DNA of 64,000 nucleotides. It comes from Bacteroidales bacterium (lineage in GTDB: Bacteria; Bacteroidota; Bacteroidia; Bacteroidales; UBA1402). The stretch covers positions 513-64,512 of the forward strand of contig JAQVXI010000007.1 in NCBI GenBank assembly GCA_028709215.1, read 5' to 3'. Numbering within the stretch: the stretch's first letter is position 1; each line of letters opens with the position of its first letter. The position numbers and the translations under genes were made by a program. Under the pieces are notes generated by a model that searched no databases, was not told the DNA's origin, and saw only the letters and a list, made by a program, of their open reading frames with translations. Below are positions 20,590 to 29,045 of the stretch, piece by piece.

Positions 20590-20596
20590 GATGCGA

Positions 20597-20604
20597 CAAA
20601 GATA
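20597..20604 (-). promoter_or_regulatory. Bacteroidota -7 promoter box (TAtcTTTG) for the CotH-family gene
   Basis: Minus strand reads TATCTTTG only 8 nt upstream of the ATG at 20589, implying a very short or absent leader. Confidence 0.4.
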
Positions 20605-20676
20605 TTCGACACAACTTCAAAGACCGATCAAGATGGAAACAAATGATATAAAGATTGAAACACCATACCCATTATT

Positions 20677-21585
20677 TTACAAAATAACGGTCATCAAGGA
20701 TAGAATCCCTACGATTATCCATAGTAAGACGCCCATCAACATGGGGCGCAAGCCAACGCTACGCAAAACCTGCATCGAAAGCGATGCGCCAATAAAAAAC
20801 AACGAAAGAGTCAGGCCTTTACGGGCAAGGATTACAAGAATGGAAGTGACTGCATCGGGTAGGTTCAGAAAACTGTTGCTCAGCATCGCCAGAACAAACA
20901 AAAATATAAACCACGGCACTTGAATGGTTTTCACGTTGCTTTTAAACACAAACGCACTCACAAGCGATACAGGAATGATCCACAACGCACGCGTCAATTT
21001 GACCAACGTACCGACCTGAAGCGCTTCCATTCCATACGCGGAAGTTGCGCCAACGACCGAACTGGTATCATGGATGGCAATGGCAGCCCATGTCCCAAAA
21101 TCCGCTTGACTCATGTTCAACCAACGTCCCACAGTCGGGAAAACAAATAAGGCCACCGCATTCAAAATAAAAATGGTCGCCAAAGAAACCGACATGGCAG
21201 CATCGCTGGCCTTTATTACGGGACCTACTGCCGCAATGGCACTTCCTCCGCAAATCGCCGTACCGGCACCCACCAAATAACCGGTTTTTTTATCCAACTT
21301 GAACCATCGGGTCAAGACGATCCCCAACGTCAACGTTCCAAAAACGGAAAGTAAGGTGATGTACATGCCGTCTTTGCCGGATGCAAGGGCCTGCTGCAAT
21401 TCCATACCAAAACCCAATCCGACGACTGAAGCCTTTAATAAAAGACCGGACATTTTCTTATTAAAGACCGGAAAGGGTTGCCCAAACAACAAAGCGTATC
21501 CTAGGCCGGCAAATAGAGCCATCGCCGGTTGTACAAACGGGAGCAAACAACCGGTCAACAAGACAAAATACAGTGTTTTTTTCAT
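20677..21585 (-). CDS. yeiH: YeiH/UPF0324-family integral membrane protein (putative sulfate/organosulfur exporter family)
   Basis: Polytopic membrane protein. Its pairing with an upstream LysR regulator mirrors yeiE-yeiH. Start moved to MKKTLYFVLL (ATG 21585) because a TAtcTTTG box covers the longer start. Confidence 0.7.
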   Translation of the reverse strand: MKKTLYFVLLTGCLLPFVQPAMALFAGLGYALLFGQPFPVFNKKMSGLLLKASVVGLGFGMELQQALASGKDGMYITLLSVFGTLTLGIVLTRWFKLDKKTGYLVGAGTAICGGSAIAAVGPVIKASDAAMSVSLATIFILNAVALFVFPTVGRWLNMSQADFGTWAAIAIHDTSSVVGATSAYGMEALQVGTLVKLTRALWIIPVSLVSAFVFKSNVKTIQVPWFIFLFVLAMLSNSFLNLPDAVTSILVILARKGLTLSLFFIGASLSMQVLRSVGLRPMLMGVLLWIIVGILSLMTVIL

Positions 21586-21603
21586 CGAACGAACTATTTT
21601 CGA

Positions 21604-21611
21604 CAAAGATA
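21604..21611 (-). promoter_or_regulatory. Bacteroidota -7 promoter box (TAtcTTTG) upstream of the yeiH-like gene
   Basis: Minus strand reads TATCTTTG. It overlaps the longest-ORF start (21606), which favours the ATG at 21585. Confidence 0.4.
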
Positions 21612-21652
21612 CGATGGCTTAAGTATAAATACCAATCATATATTATTATACG

Positions 21653-22549
21653 CTATAACCATTTGTTATAATGTTCCACGAAGCGGATCAATTGAGCAGA
21701 CAATCCGACCGGTTCAGACAACAGGTGCACAAAAGCAAAATGACGGGACAAATTGAGTGCATCCAAGTCCAACTGCACCAACTGACCGCTTCTCAACTCA
21801 CGCTGAACGGTTTGTATCGAAACGATGGCCATGACGTCCGAATGTTCCATAAACAACTTGATGCTTTCGGTGCTCCCCAAATGCATGCGTACGGGGAGAT
21901 CAGAAAGGTTTAACTGAACCTTTTTTAAAGCAGCCTCAAACACGTCCAACGTACCTGATCCCCGTTCCCTTAATACGAGTGGAATGTTCGGAAGATCTTC
22001 GAGACGCAGACGCCCCATCTGCCTCCAATGGCTTCTCGAATGTACAACAGCAACGAGCGTATCTTCCATCCATGTATGATATTTTAACAAAGGGTTGCGT
22101 ACAACACCCTCCACCAGCCCCAAATCCAAACGATGGTTTAGCAAGGCCGTTTCGATTTCCTCGGAGTTGCCACTGAGCATGGATAGCTTGACTGAGGGAA
22201 ATTGTTCTGTAAAGGCAGCCAGGATGGGCGGCAGCACATACTGTGCCAGGGTCGTACTTGCCCCCAAACGCAAATCCCCCTGCAAATCATCCTGCAACGA
22301 TTGCATCTCATATGACATGCGACGATAGGCCTCAAGAATACGCTCACAATGATCATACAAGATCTGTCCTGCAGAAGTCAGTACAACGCGACCTCCCAGC
22401 CGATCCAGGAGTTGCGTTTCAAAATGCATCTCCAGTTGTTGGATGTGTTTGCTGATTGCAGGCTGCGTCACAAATAAGATTTTGGACGCTTTCGTAAAAC
22501 TTTGCTCTTGTGCAACGGTATAAAACGCTTTTAGTCGAAAATCGGTCAT
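21653..22549 (-). CDS. LysR-family transcriptional regulator
   Basis: Start chosen at MTDFRLKAFYTVAQEQSFTKASKILFVTQPAISKHIQQLE (N-terminal HTH), followed by a LysR substrate-binding domain. Confidence 0.85.
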   Translation of the reverse strand: MTDFRLKAFYTVAQEQSFTKASKILFVTQPAISKHIQQLEMHFETQLLDRLGGRVVLTSAGQILYDHCERILEAYRRMSYEMQSLQDDLQGDLRLGASTTLAQYVLPPILAAFTEQFPSVKLSMLSGNSEEIETALLNHRLDLGLVEGVVRNPLLKYHTWMEDTLVAVVHSRSHWRQMGRLRLEDLPNIPLVLRERGSGTLDVFEAALKKVQLNLSDLPVRMHLGSTESIKLFMEHSDVMAIVSIQTVQRELRSGQLVQLDLDALNLSRHFAFVHLLSEPVGLSAQLIRFVEHYNKWL

Positions 22550-22565
22550 TGCATTTTTCTTTTCC

Positions 22566-22573
22566 CAAAGATA
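22566..22573 (-). promoter_or_regulatory. Bacteroidota -7 promoter box (TAtcTTTG) for the LysR gene
   Basis: Minus strand reads TATCTTTG, 17 nt upstream of the ATG at 22549. Confidence 0.45.
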
Positions 22574-22594
22574 CTGAAATCTATGTTCATCGTG

Positions 22595-22602
22595 TATCTT
22601 TG
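22595..22602 (+). promoter_or_regulatory. Bacteroidota -7 promoter box (TAtcTTTG) for the patatin-like gene
   Basis: TATCTTTG lies 21 nt upstream of the ATG at 22623. It forms a back-to-back pair with the LysR box. Confidence 0.45.
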
Positions 22603-22622
22603 TCCAAACAGACATTCATCCA

Positions 22623-23423
22623 ATGACAACAGAAAACCAGACTAAAACCGTTGGGTTATGCTTATCGGGGGGAGGCGCCATCGGATTTGCCCATATCGGC
22701 GTATTAAAAGCCTTAGAAGAAAATGGCATACAGGCAGAGGTCGTCTCCGGATCAAGCATGGGTGCAATTATCGGAACACTGTATTCAGCAGGCTATAGTC
22801 CGGAAGAAATGATGCAAATGATTCAGGAAGATCGCTTGTATCGAGTCTCTAAATTGATGTCTTTTAAGCCAAGCTTTTGGAAATCCGGATTTTCAGGACA
22901 TAGTACCGTCGAAAAGCTCATTCATGAAACCATCCCTCACAACAGCTTCGAAGGGCTCCAGAGACGCATGCATGTTTGTGTGACCAACCTGACCCGAATG
23001 GCATGGGAAATCAAAAACCAAGGTGCGGATCTGGCAGATTGGGTTGCTGCTTCCTCCAGTATACCCGGCGTATTTGAAGCCATCGAAAAAGATGGAGCGT
23101 TCTACCTGGACGGAGGTGTTTTAAATAACCTGCCGGCACAAGCCATCCGTCCGCTCTGTCACACGCTGATCGGTGTGGATGTACTCCCACACATTCCACC
23201 CAAAAAATTAAAACAGCCCATCGATGCCATCACCAGCTGCATTCGAGGCATTCAACACCTCAATTCAGCAGAAGGGCGGTCGCTCTGCGATTTTGTAATC
23301 GAGACGACCGCCCTGAAGCGTTATCATGAATTTCGTTTTGATGCCTACCTCCGCATTTACAAGCAAGGCTATAAAGATGCCGTCGAGTATATACAGCAGC
23401 ACCCTGAAATGCTGAAGCGTTAG
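22623..23423 (+). CDS. Patatin-like phospholipase (RssA-like)
   Basis: 266 aa. Oxyanion motif LSGGGAIGFAHIGVL, nucleophile elbow GSSMGA (GxSxG), and catalytic Asp context YLDGGV. Confidence 0.85.
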   Translation: MTTENQTKTVGLCLSGGGAIGFAHIGVLKALEENGIQAEVVSGSSMGAIIGTLYSAGYSPEEMMQMIQEDRLYRVSKLMSFKPSFWKSGFSGHSTVEKLIHETIPHNSFEGLQRRMHVCVTNLTRMAWEIKNQGADLADWVAASSSIPGVFEAIEKDGAFYLDGGVLNNLPAQAIRPLCHTLIGVDVLPHIPPKKLKQPIDAITSCIRGIQHLNSAEGRSLCDFVIETTALKRYHEFRFDAYLRIYKQGYKDAVEYIQQHPEMLKR

Positions 23424-26400
23424 TGTGGGCGCTCCAACGTGACGCCCATCAATCCAATAACAACTTCGTTGGCACGTGTTTCAACGGAGAGTGACTTCAG
23501 TGCTTTGTTTGGGTCCAGGACAAGATCCAGAACCGTAGCCATTCCACCATCCACCACGATCGGATCGTTGGACATTTTTAGGCCCAAGACACCGGCGTGA
23601 TGGCGATGCACATCACCCGTTTTCAAACGAACCCGATAGGGTCTGGGTTGATTGCTTCGAAAAGCGGCTCCATCCAAAAAGATGTCCTGATCCAAGGGAA
23701 GCAAATTATCCGGCAAGACCAAGGGCAAGACCGATTCCGAACCATCCGTATAACGCACTCGAATGCGTCCGTTCAACACATGTGCCTGCATGTGGTAGGT
23801 GGATGCGGCCACCAGCAAATAAGCGCGGTTTGCGTTCCCCTGCAACGGAAACTGTACCTGATTGGGATAATTATCCCACAAAGTGGTAAATACGACATTG
23901 GAAGCAGCCGTATCCGAAGGCGTCGCAAACGGAATGCCCTGAGGCAGCACAAAGACATCATTAACCGCCTTTGCACGGAGACCACGATCATCAATCTTGG
24001 ATAAATCGTTGGGGTGACACCACTGCCCCATACCTTGTGTAGGTACCTGCAATGTAGTATACGGCCAGCGTGGACTTACGTACTTGCCATAGGCAAAGAT
24101 ATCACGCACACGGTCGTTAAAAAATGGTTTTAAGTCGACCGGCTCATACACCGTTTGTGCCGGATTCGCAAGAGTCCAATTGATGGCAGTATGTTCCAAA
24201 CATTGCTCACCTACTTCCACTCGGATTGCATTGCTTCCGAATCGAACCTTCGAACCCGTCCATTCCAACGTCTTGGTCTCAAACGGTTCAAACTGCACCA
24301 AACGCTTCTCAGATCCGAAATTCAAGGCTATTTGGGCCGAAACAGGGTTGGCACTGTTGTTGGTTAGGTCTACTTTCAACACATCCGCTTCCGAATGTGT
24401 TTGGAAGGAAATCAAATCTTTTACATGGATATCAACCGGTTGCCACCAACTCATGGCATCCAGTGAGTGCTTAACGAAGACGCTTCGATGGCCCTTCGCG
24501 CCAACGATGCGACCTACCCACTGACGGTTTTTCAACGTAGGTTGAGCAAACACCTGCTGGGGGTCATAGACCTCCTCAGCCGACGCGTCCAGCGGCAAAG
24601 CAAATGTGGCACCCGATACCGCAACATACGAAGGCATCTTTGTCGACAACCGTTCGCCCGACCACTCTATCTCCACATCCATTGCACCGGAGACTTCAGC
24701 TTCAATCAACAACAAAGGTCTCCCGACCGATTCGGCTACGAAACGCGTTTCGACGTTTTTTCCATTTACACGAACCTGTTTCACGGAGGTTTGACGGACT
24801 GGAATCTCCAGTTGCATGCGCTTCAACCCGTTCAATTGAGCATCGATGCGATAGGATTCTCGTGCGCCCTTTACGGAGAAATCGTAGGTTAGATTTAATG
24901 TTTTCAAATGTGCATGGTCCCAATCCTGAGGAAATCCGGGACGCACGCGCAAAACGCCTTGTACCATATCCGGGTACAGACCAAATAAGCCATGCACCAG
25001 ACCGCGTGTCGCCGTAGCAACCGGATCGGCAAAATCCCGATAAGTTTCACCACGGGCTGCGTCATAAAACGAAACCTGTGTGATGTTGCCGGGGCCGGAG
25101 CCCAGATACATGGCATCCATCAGCGCACCTTTGTATAGAGACATGGCTTTTTCCGGCCGACCTGCCTGCCAGTAGGACAGCGCAGTATGGGTCACTTCTG
25201 CAAAAGCGACGTTGTTGATGGACCACATATACGGCTGCCAATCGGTGGTTGCGACGACGTACAGACTGGTATCCTTCAGGCCTTCTGCCCGAACCGGTAT
25301 GTGTGGGATGTGGGTATCGACGTATCGGCTGGCCTGCCACCCCTGAAATGGATCGTGAATTTCCGAATCCAGTGCGTGGTAAATGGTCCAAACGGCAGCG
25401 TGTTCGTGTTGCATTTTATACCCCATATTGTCCTTAAACTCGGCCCACCAGCCCAGTCGGGGCAGCCAGAGTGTTTCGTTTAAGGCCTTCAATATACGGT
25501 CTGCTTCGATTTGGTAGGGTGTTGGATCCATCCCAATGCGTTCGGCCAGTTCGGCAGCCAGGCGATTGGCCCGATAATTATACGCCGTAGAATGGGTTCC
25601 AACCCCTCCGTTGTACTGCAAACCATCCGAAGCCCAGATGCAGGCATAGCCGTCGTATAAGGCATCGTCGTCGGGATCAAACAACTGTTTTTCCCAAGCC
25701 AAATGCCGGTCAATCACCGGAAAAATCTCTTTGACATAGGCCATATCACCCGTCCACTTTATGTGCCACAGCAATTCATCCATATACACCAAATTCATGT
25801 CGTAATGATGCATGGTCGTTTGGGTGCCGGGATAACGCGTGATGTAACCGTTGCTGTACATGGGAGTACCCCACTGTTTTTTGGAGCGGGCCAGATTCAG
25901 TTGATCATCCTGTAAATGAGGCAAGACAACCGGGACATCGGTCAATTGCGAAGCGGCATAGGCATCAAAATGCACACGTGCCCGGTCGTGCAGCCCAAGC
26001 AAGTCGGCCACATACGAACCACGCCATCCCGTTAGGGGCGCCCGCCAACCAATGGCACCATGCAAATACCCGGGATCTTCCCAAATGGCATCTTCTGCTC
26101 CTGCGATCACCGAACCCAACGTGTTCAGGTACGGATCAGGCGTTTGCACTTCAATCCTGCCGGCGATCTCCAGTCGGCGTTGATCCCCTTCCTTATACGC
26201 TTTGGGTAAATCACGCAAGGACAATGCTTTCTTTCTGCTGGAAGGATTATACATCATTATATAATCCGCTTTCCCTACCCTCTTTTGTTCCACCAGCAAC
26301 AAAGGAAATTCGTCTGCCTTCGAACCATACAATTCGGATAGATTCTCCAAACGGTTGGCATCCACCAGACGCATCAAACTACCTTTGGGAAACAATCCAT

Positions 26401-27031
26401 TGACTTGTTTCTCTTTGCCGTAACGGAGTTCAAACCCATGGGCTTGAAGACGAAACTGATTGTTGCGACACTTGGCCGGCTCAATGTAAAAACTGTTGAT
26501 CGGATCCGCGCCGATGTCTCCACTTCTGGAAAAACGCCGGTCGTTGGCAGCACCATAAATCCAAAGCAAACTCAGATCGCTCGGACAGTTCTGACCTTCT
26601 ACGCGGAGCACGTAGCCATCGGCATCAGACAAGGCAACCACCTCGATGTTCAACCGGCCATCGCCCAAAAGGGCAGGCTCCTCTATCATCCATTGTCGGT
26701 AACCCGACACAAAGCGAGAAGACACCTGAGCATCCTTTACCCAAAGGAACTGTTCTCCCCTTTTAAGTGCGAGATACATACTGCCGCCAAAATTCGGCAT
26801 ATACATCCCGAACTCCGGATAGTCACTGGTTTCAAGACGAAACCCGGTATTGGTCCCATACAATGCTCTGGAAAACCGGGCATTCCCATGCTCGTTGATA
26901 AAATACTCACCATCGGGCTTATAGCGCAAACTGCGTTCTTTTCCGTGCCAGTAATCCGCACTCCCGTGCATGGGCATACCCAGTATCAACAGAAAAAAGA
27001 CGACGCTCAAAAGTCGAGCAAATTGTTTCAT
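23420..27031 (-). CDS. Large secreted protein of unassigned family; the central region looks like an (alpha/alpha)6 six-hairpin glycosidase fold
   Basis: 1203 aa with a signal peptide (MKQFARLLSVVFFLLILGMPMHGSA). The central region is rich in W/Y/D/E (WASDGLQYNGG, YNYRANRLAAELAE, WWAEFKD, WQPYMW), followed by beta-rich C-terminal domains. I could not recognise a family-diagnostic motif by eye. Confidence 0.35.
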   Translation of the reverse strand: MKQFARLLSVVFFLLILGMPMHGSADYWHGKERSLRYKPDGEYFINEHGNARFSRALYGTNTGFRLETSDYPEFGMYMPNFGGSMYLALKRGEQFLWVKDAQVSSRFVSGYRQWMIEEPALLGDGRLNIEVVALSDADGYVLRVEGQNCPSDLSLLWIYGAANDRRFSRSGDIGADPINSFYIEPAKCRNNQFRLQAHGFELRYGKEKQVNGLFPKGSLMRLVDANRLENLSELYGSKADEFPLLLVEQKRVGKADYIMMYNPSSRKKALSLRDLPKAYKEGDQRRLEIAGRIEVQTPDPYLNTLGSVIAGAEDAIWEDPGYLHGAIGWRAPLTGWRGSYVADLLGLHDRARVHFDAYAASQLTDVPVVLPHLQDDQLNLARSKKQWGTPMYSNGYITRYPGTQTTMHHYDMNLVYMDELLWHIKWTGDMAYVKEIFPVIDRHLAWEKQLFDPDDDALYDGYACIWASDGLQYNGGVGTHSTAYNYRANRLAAELAERIGMDPTPYQIEADRILKALNETLWLPRLGWWAEFKDNMGYKMQHEHAAVWTIYHALDSEIHDPFQGWQASRYVDTHIPHIPVRAEGLKDTSLYVVATTDWQPYMWSINNVAFAEVTHTALSYWQAGRPEKAMSLYKGALMDAMYLGSGPGNITQVSFYDAARGETYRDFADPVATATRGLVHGLFGLYPDMVQGVLRVRPGFPQDWDHAHLKTLNLTYDFSVKGARESYRIDAQLNGLKRMQLEIPVRQTSVKQVRVNGKNVETRFVAESVGRPLLLIEAEVSGAMDVEIEWSGERLSTKMPSYVAVSGATFALPLDASAEEVYDPQQVFAQPTLKNRQWVGRIVGAKGHRSVFVKHSLDAMSWWQPVDIHVKDLISFQTHSEADVLKVDLTNNSANPVSAQIALNFGSEKRLVQFEPFETKTLEWTGSKVRFGSNAIRVEVGEQCLEHTAINWTLANPAQTVYEPVDLKPFFNDRVRDIFAYGKYVSPRWPYTTLQVPTQGMGQWCHPNDLSKIDDRGLRAKAVNDVFVLPQGIPFATPSDTAASNVVFTTLWDNYPNQVQFPLQGNANRAYLLVAASTYHMQAHVLNGRIRVRYTDGSESVLPLVLPDNLLPLDQDIFLDGAAFRSNQPRPYRVRLKTGDVHRHHAGVLGLKMSNDPIVVDGGMATVLDLVLDPNKALKSLSVETRANEVVIGLMGVTLERPH

Positions 27032-27131
27032 AACCTATGTATTTTTAGCGATATACCATTCAATATTCACGAAAATAGTTAAATCATCACAGAAAACCAC
27101 TGCCGTGTTTCGGATTTGGCAAATACTTCAC

Positions 27132-27139
27132 TATTTTTG
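27132..27139 (+). promoter_or_regulatory. Bacteroidota -7 promoter box (TAttTTTG) for the five-gene operon at 27170-32423
   Basis: TATTTTTG lies 31 nt upstream of the ATG at 27170. This implies a leader of ~25 nt, too short for a riboswitch. Confidence 0.4.
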
Positions 27140-27169
27140 GACGAACAAACCCCTATAACACAGAAAAAC

Positions 27170-27679
27170 ATGACCACAAGTATTGCCTTCAACCCAGTAG
27201 AACTGACGATTCGTGAACGTCGCACCTACCTATTTGCCGGATTGTTTATTGCAGGCAACCTTCTTTTGCCACAATTGGCCCACCTCATCCCTCAGGGTGG
27301 CCCCATGTTTTTACCCATCTATTTCTTTACGTTGATTGCTGCATACAAATACGGATGGAAAGTCGGTTTACTAACGGCCATCGCATCACCCCTTGCCAAT
27401 CACGCTTTATTTGGCATGCCTATGGTGGCTATGCTCCCTGTGATTCTTATTAAATCAAGCCTTTTGGCCGTTTTTGCGGCCTTGATCGCCCAAAAAAGCC
27501 AAAAAGTATCGCTGGGTTTACTCGCCTTGGTCATTCTATCCTATCAGATCCTTGGAGGATTGGGCGAATGGGCCATCACTTCCAGTTTTGCAGCCGCCGT
27601 ACAAGACTTCAAACTGGGTTTCCCCGGACTGCTCATTCAATGGATTCTGGGCTGGCAACTACTTAAAAAAATGGCCTAA
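27170..27679 (+). CDS. Small polytopic membrane protein, ECF S-component-like (putative substrate-capture/transport protein)
   Basis: 169 aa from MTTSIAFNPVE, with 5-6 hydrophobic helices (LFAGLFIAGNLLLPQLAHLIPQGGPMFLPIYFFTLIAAY...). The family call rests on overall resemblance only. Confidence 0.45.
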   Translation: MTTSIAFNPVELTIRERRTYLFAGLFIAGNLLLPQLAHLIPQGGPMFLPIYFFTLIAAYKYGWKVGLLTAIASPLANHALFGMPMVAMLPVILIKSSLLAVFAALIAQKSQKVSLGLLALVILSYQILGGLGEWAITSSFAAAVQDFKLGFPGLLIQWILGWQLLKKMA

Positions 27680-27680
27680 A

Positions 27681-28100
27681 ATGCAAAGTAAAAGCTTTGA
27701 AGAGGTTCTGGAGCGTATGCAGCAACTGCCGATTACGGAACCGTTCGATCTGATTGTCGCCATTGCCAACGGCGGAATCATACCGGCGGCACTGCTCAAT
27801 CAAACCTTGGGTTTGGATTTGCATCTGCTAAAATTGCATTTGCGGGACGCCCATCAAAAACAACTCTACGATGCGCCACAGCTATTGGAGCCGCTGCGCG
27901 TAGACGTTCGAGGCAAACGGATTTTGCTGGTGGAGGATCGCATTAAAACCGGCACCACGGTACTGTTTGCCGTAGATTTGCTTAAAAAAGCCGGCGCTCA
28001 ATGCGTAAAAACCTTTGCGGTAAACGGACCCGCCGACTACAGTCTTTACAACGAAACCTGTTTCCGGTTTCCCTGGATTCGCACACAAACAAAAACATAA
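27681..28100 (+). CDS. Small type I phosphoribosyltransferase (Gpt-like)
   Basis: 139 aa from MQSKSFEEV (ATG 1 nt after the preceding stop). LIVAIANGGIIPAALL and the PRPP-binding loop ILLVEDRIKTGTT. The C-terminal FPW resembles xanthine-guanine PRTases. Confidence 0.75.
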   Translation: MQSKSFEEVLERMQQLPITEPFDLIVAIANGGIIPAALLNQTLGLDLHLLKLHLRDAHQKQLYDAPQLLEPLRVDVRGKRILLVEDRIKTGTTVLFAVDLLKKAGAQCVKTFAVNGPADYSLYNETCFRFPWIRTQTKT

Positions 28101-28110
28101 AATCTGCCCC

Positions 28111-29043
28111 ATGAAACGACGAGACTTTTTAAAAGCAGCCGCGCTTACCGGGCTGGCAACCACCCTCAAATGGAAGGATGGAATGGAATTGATGGCTCAA
28201 AAACAAAGCACCGGTTCGAAGATTCCGGATTTGGTCGCAGTGATGGGTGGAGAGCCCGCAGCAATGTTCCGAAAAGCCATCGTTGAAATGGGTGGCATGG
28301 GACGGTTTGTCAAAAAAGGACAACGAGTCACCATAAAACCCAACATCGGCTGGGATCGCAGCCCGGAACGTGCAGCCAACACCAACCCCGAATTGGTGGC
28401 TGAAATCGTACGACAATGCCTTCAGGCAGGAGCAAAAGAAGTGTTGGTCTTTGACCACACCTGCGACGAATGGAAAAAATGTTACACCAACAGTGGCATC
28501 GAAGCGGCAGCCAAAAACGCGGGTGCAAAAGTCGTGCCCGGTCACGAATCCTCGTATTATCGCGAAGTCACCTTACCCAAAGGCAAACGGCTGAAACAGG
28601 CCAGCATCCATACGGCCATTCTCGATTGTGATGTATGGATCAACGTACCCATTCTCAAAAACCACGGGGGTGCCAAAATGACCATTTCAATGAAAAATCT
28701 AATGGGTATTGTTTGGGATCGCGGGTATTTTCATCGAAACGACTTACAACAGTGCATTGCAGACATTTGTACCCTAGGCAAAGCGCCGGTTCTAAATGTG
28801 GTGGATGCCTACCGCGTCATGAAGACACATGGACCACAAGGCCGATCGGAAGCAGATGTAGTCAACCCCAAAGCCATGTTTGTCTCGACCGATATGGTGG
28901 CAGTAGATACGGCTGCAACCAAATTTTTTGGTCAAATTCAAGAAATGCCGCTTGACTCCGTGGGTCACATCGCAAACGGCGCAGCACACAAATTGGGAAC
29001 AATGGATCTGGAATCGCTGACCATCAAACGCATAAGCCTCTGA
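28111..29043 (+). CDS. Tat-exported DUF362-domain protein
   Basis: 310 aa. N-terminal twin-arginine signal MKRRDFLKAAALTGLATT. DUF362-like core VTIKPNIGW...NPELVAEIVRQCLQAGAKEVLVFD...ILKNHGGAKMTISMKNLMG...VVDAYRVMKTHGPQG...STDMVAVD. Confidence 0.75.
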   Translation: MKRRDFLKAAALTGLATTLKWKDGMELMAQKQSTGSKIPDLVAVMGGEPAAMFRKAIVEMGGMGRFVKKGQRVTIKPNIGWDRSPERAANTNPELVAEIVRQCLQAGAKEVLVFDHTCDEWKKCYTNSGIEAAAKNAGAKVVPGHESSYYREVTLPKGKRLKQASIHTAILDCDVWINVPILKNHGGAKMTISMKNLMGIVWDRGYFHRNDLQQCIADICTLGKAPVLNVVDAYRVMKTHGPQGRSEADVVNPKAMFVSTDMVAVDTAATKFFGQIQEMPLDSVGHIANGAAHKLGTMDLESLTIKRISL

Positions 29044-29045
29044 CC

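Noticed and set aside
22623-23423. Patatin-like phospholipase as the effector of an anti-phage system (CBASS-like or similar).
   Set aside because: There is no cyclase, sensor, TIR/SAVED or other partner gene nearby. The gene is monocistronic with its own promoter box, between a LysR regulator and a secreted glycosidase-like gene. It looks like a housekeeping RssA-type lipase.
27095-27170. Possible riboswitch ahead of the S-component-like gene. Two cues: a preQ1-I-like tail (ACCCCTATAACACAGAAAAAC) and a CCACTG reminiscent of the cobalamin riboswitch core.
   Set aside because: No convincing P1 stem can be drawn (only GG:CC). The B12 box and the rest of the cobalamin core are absent. The TAttTTTG promoter box at 27132-27139 would leave a leader of only ~25 nt. 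An Rfam cmscan would settle it.
27681-28100. Small PRTase as a retron or defence-island effector.
   Set aside because: The window has no reverse transcriptase, no structured ncRNA candidate and no other defence genes. The gene is translationally coupled to transport and redox genes instead.
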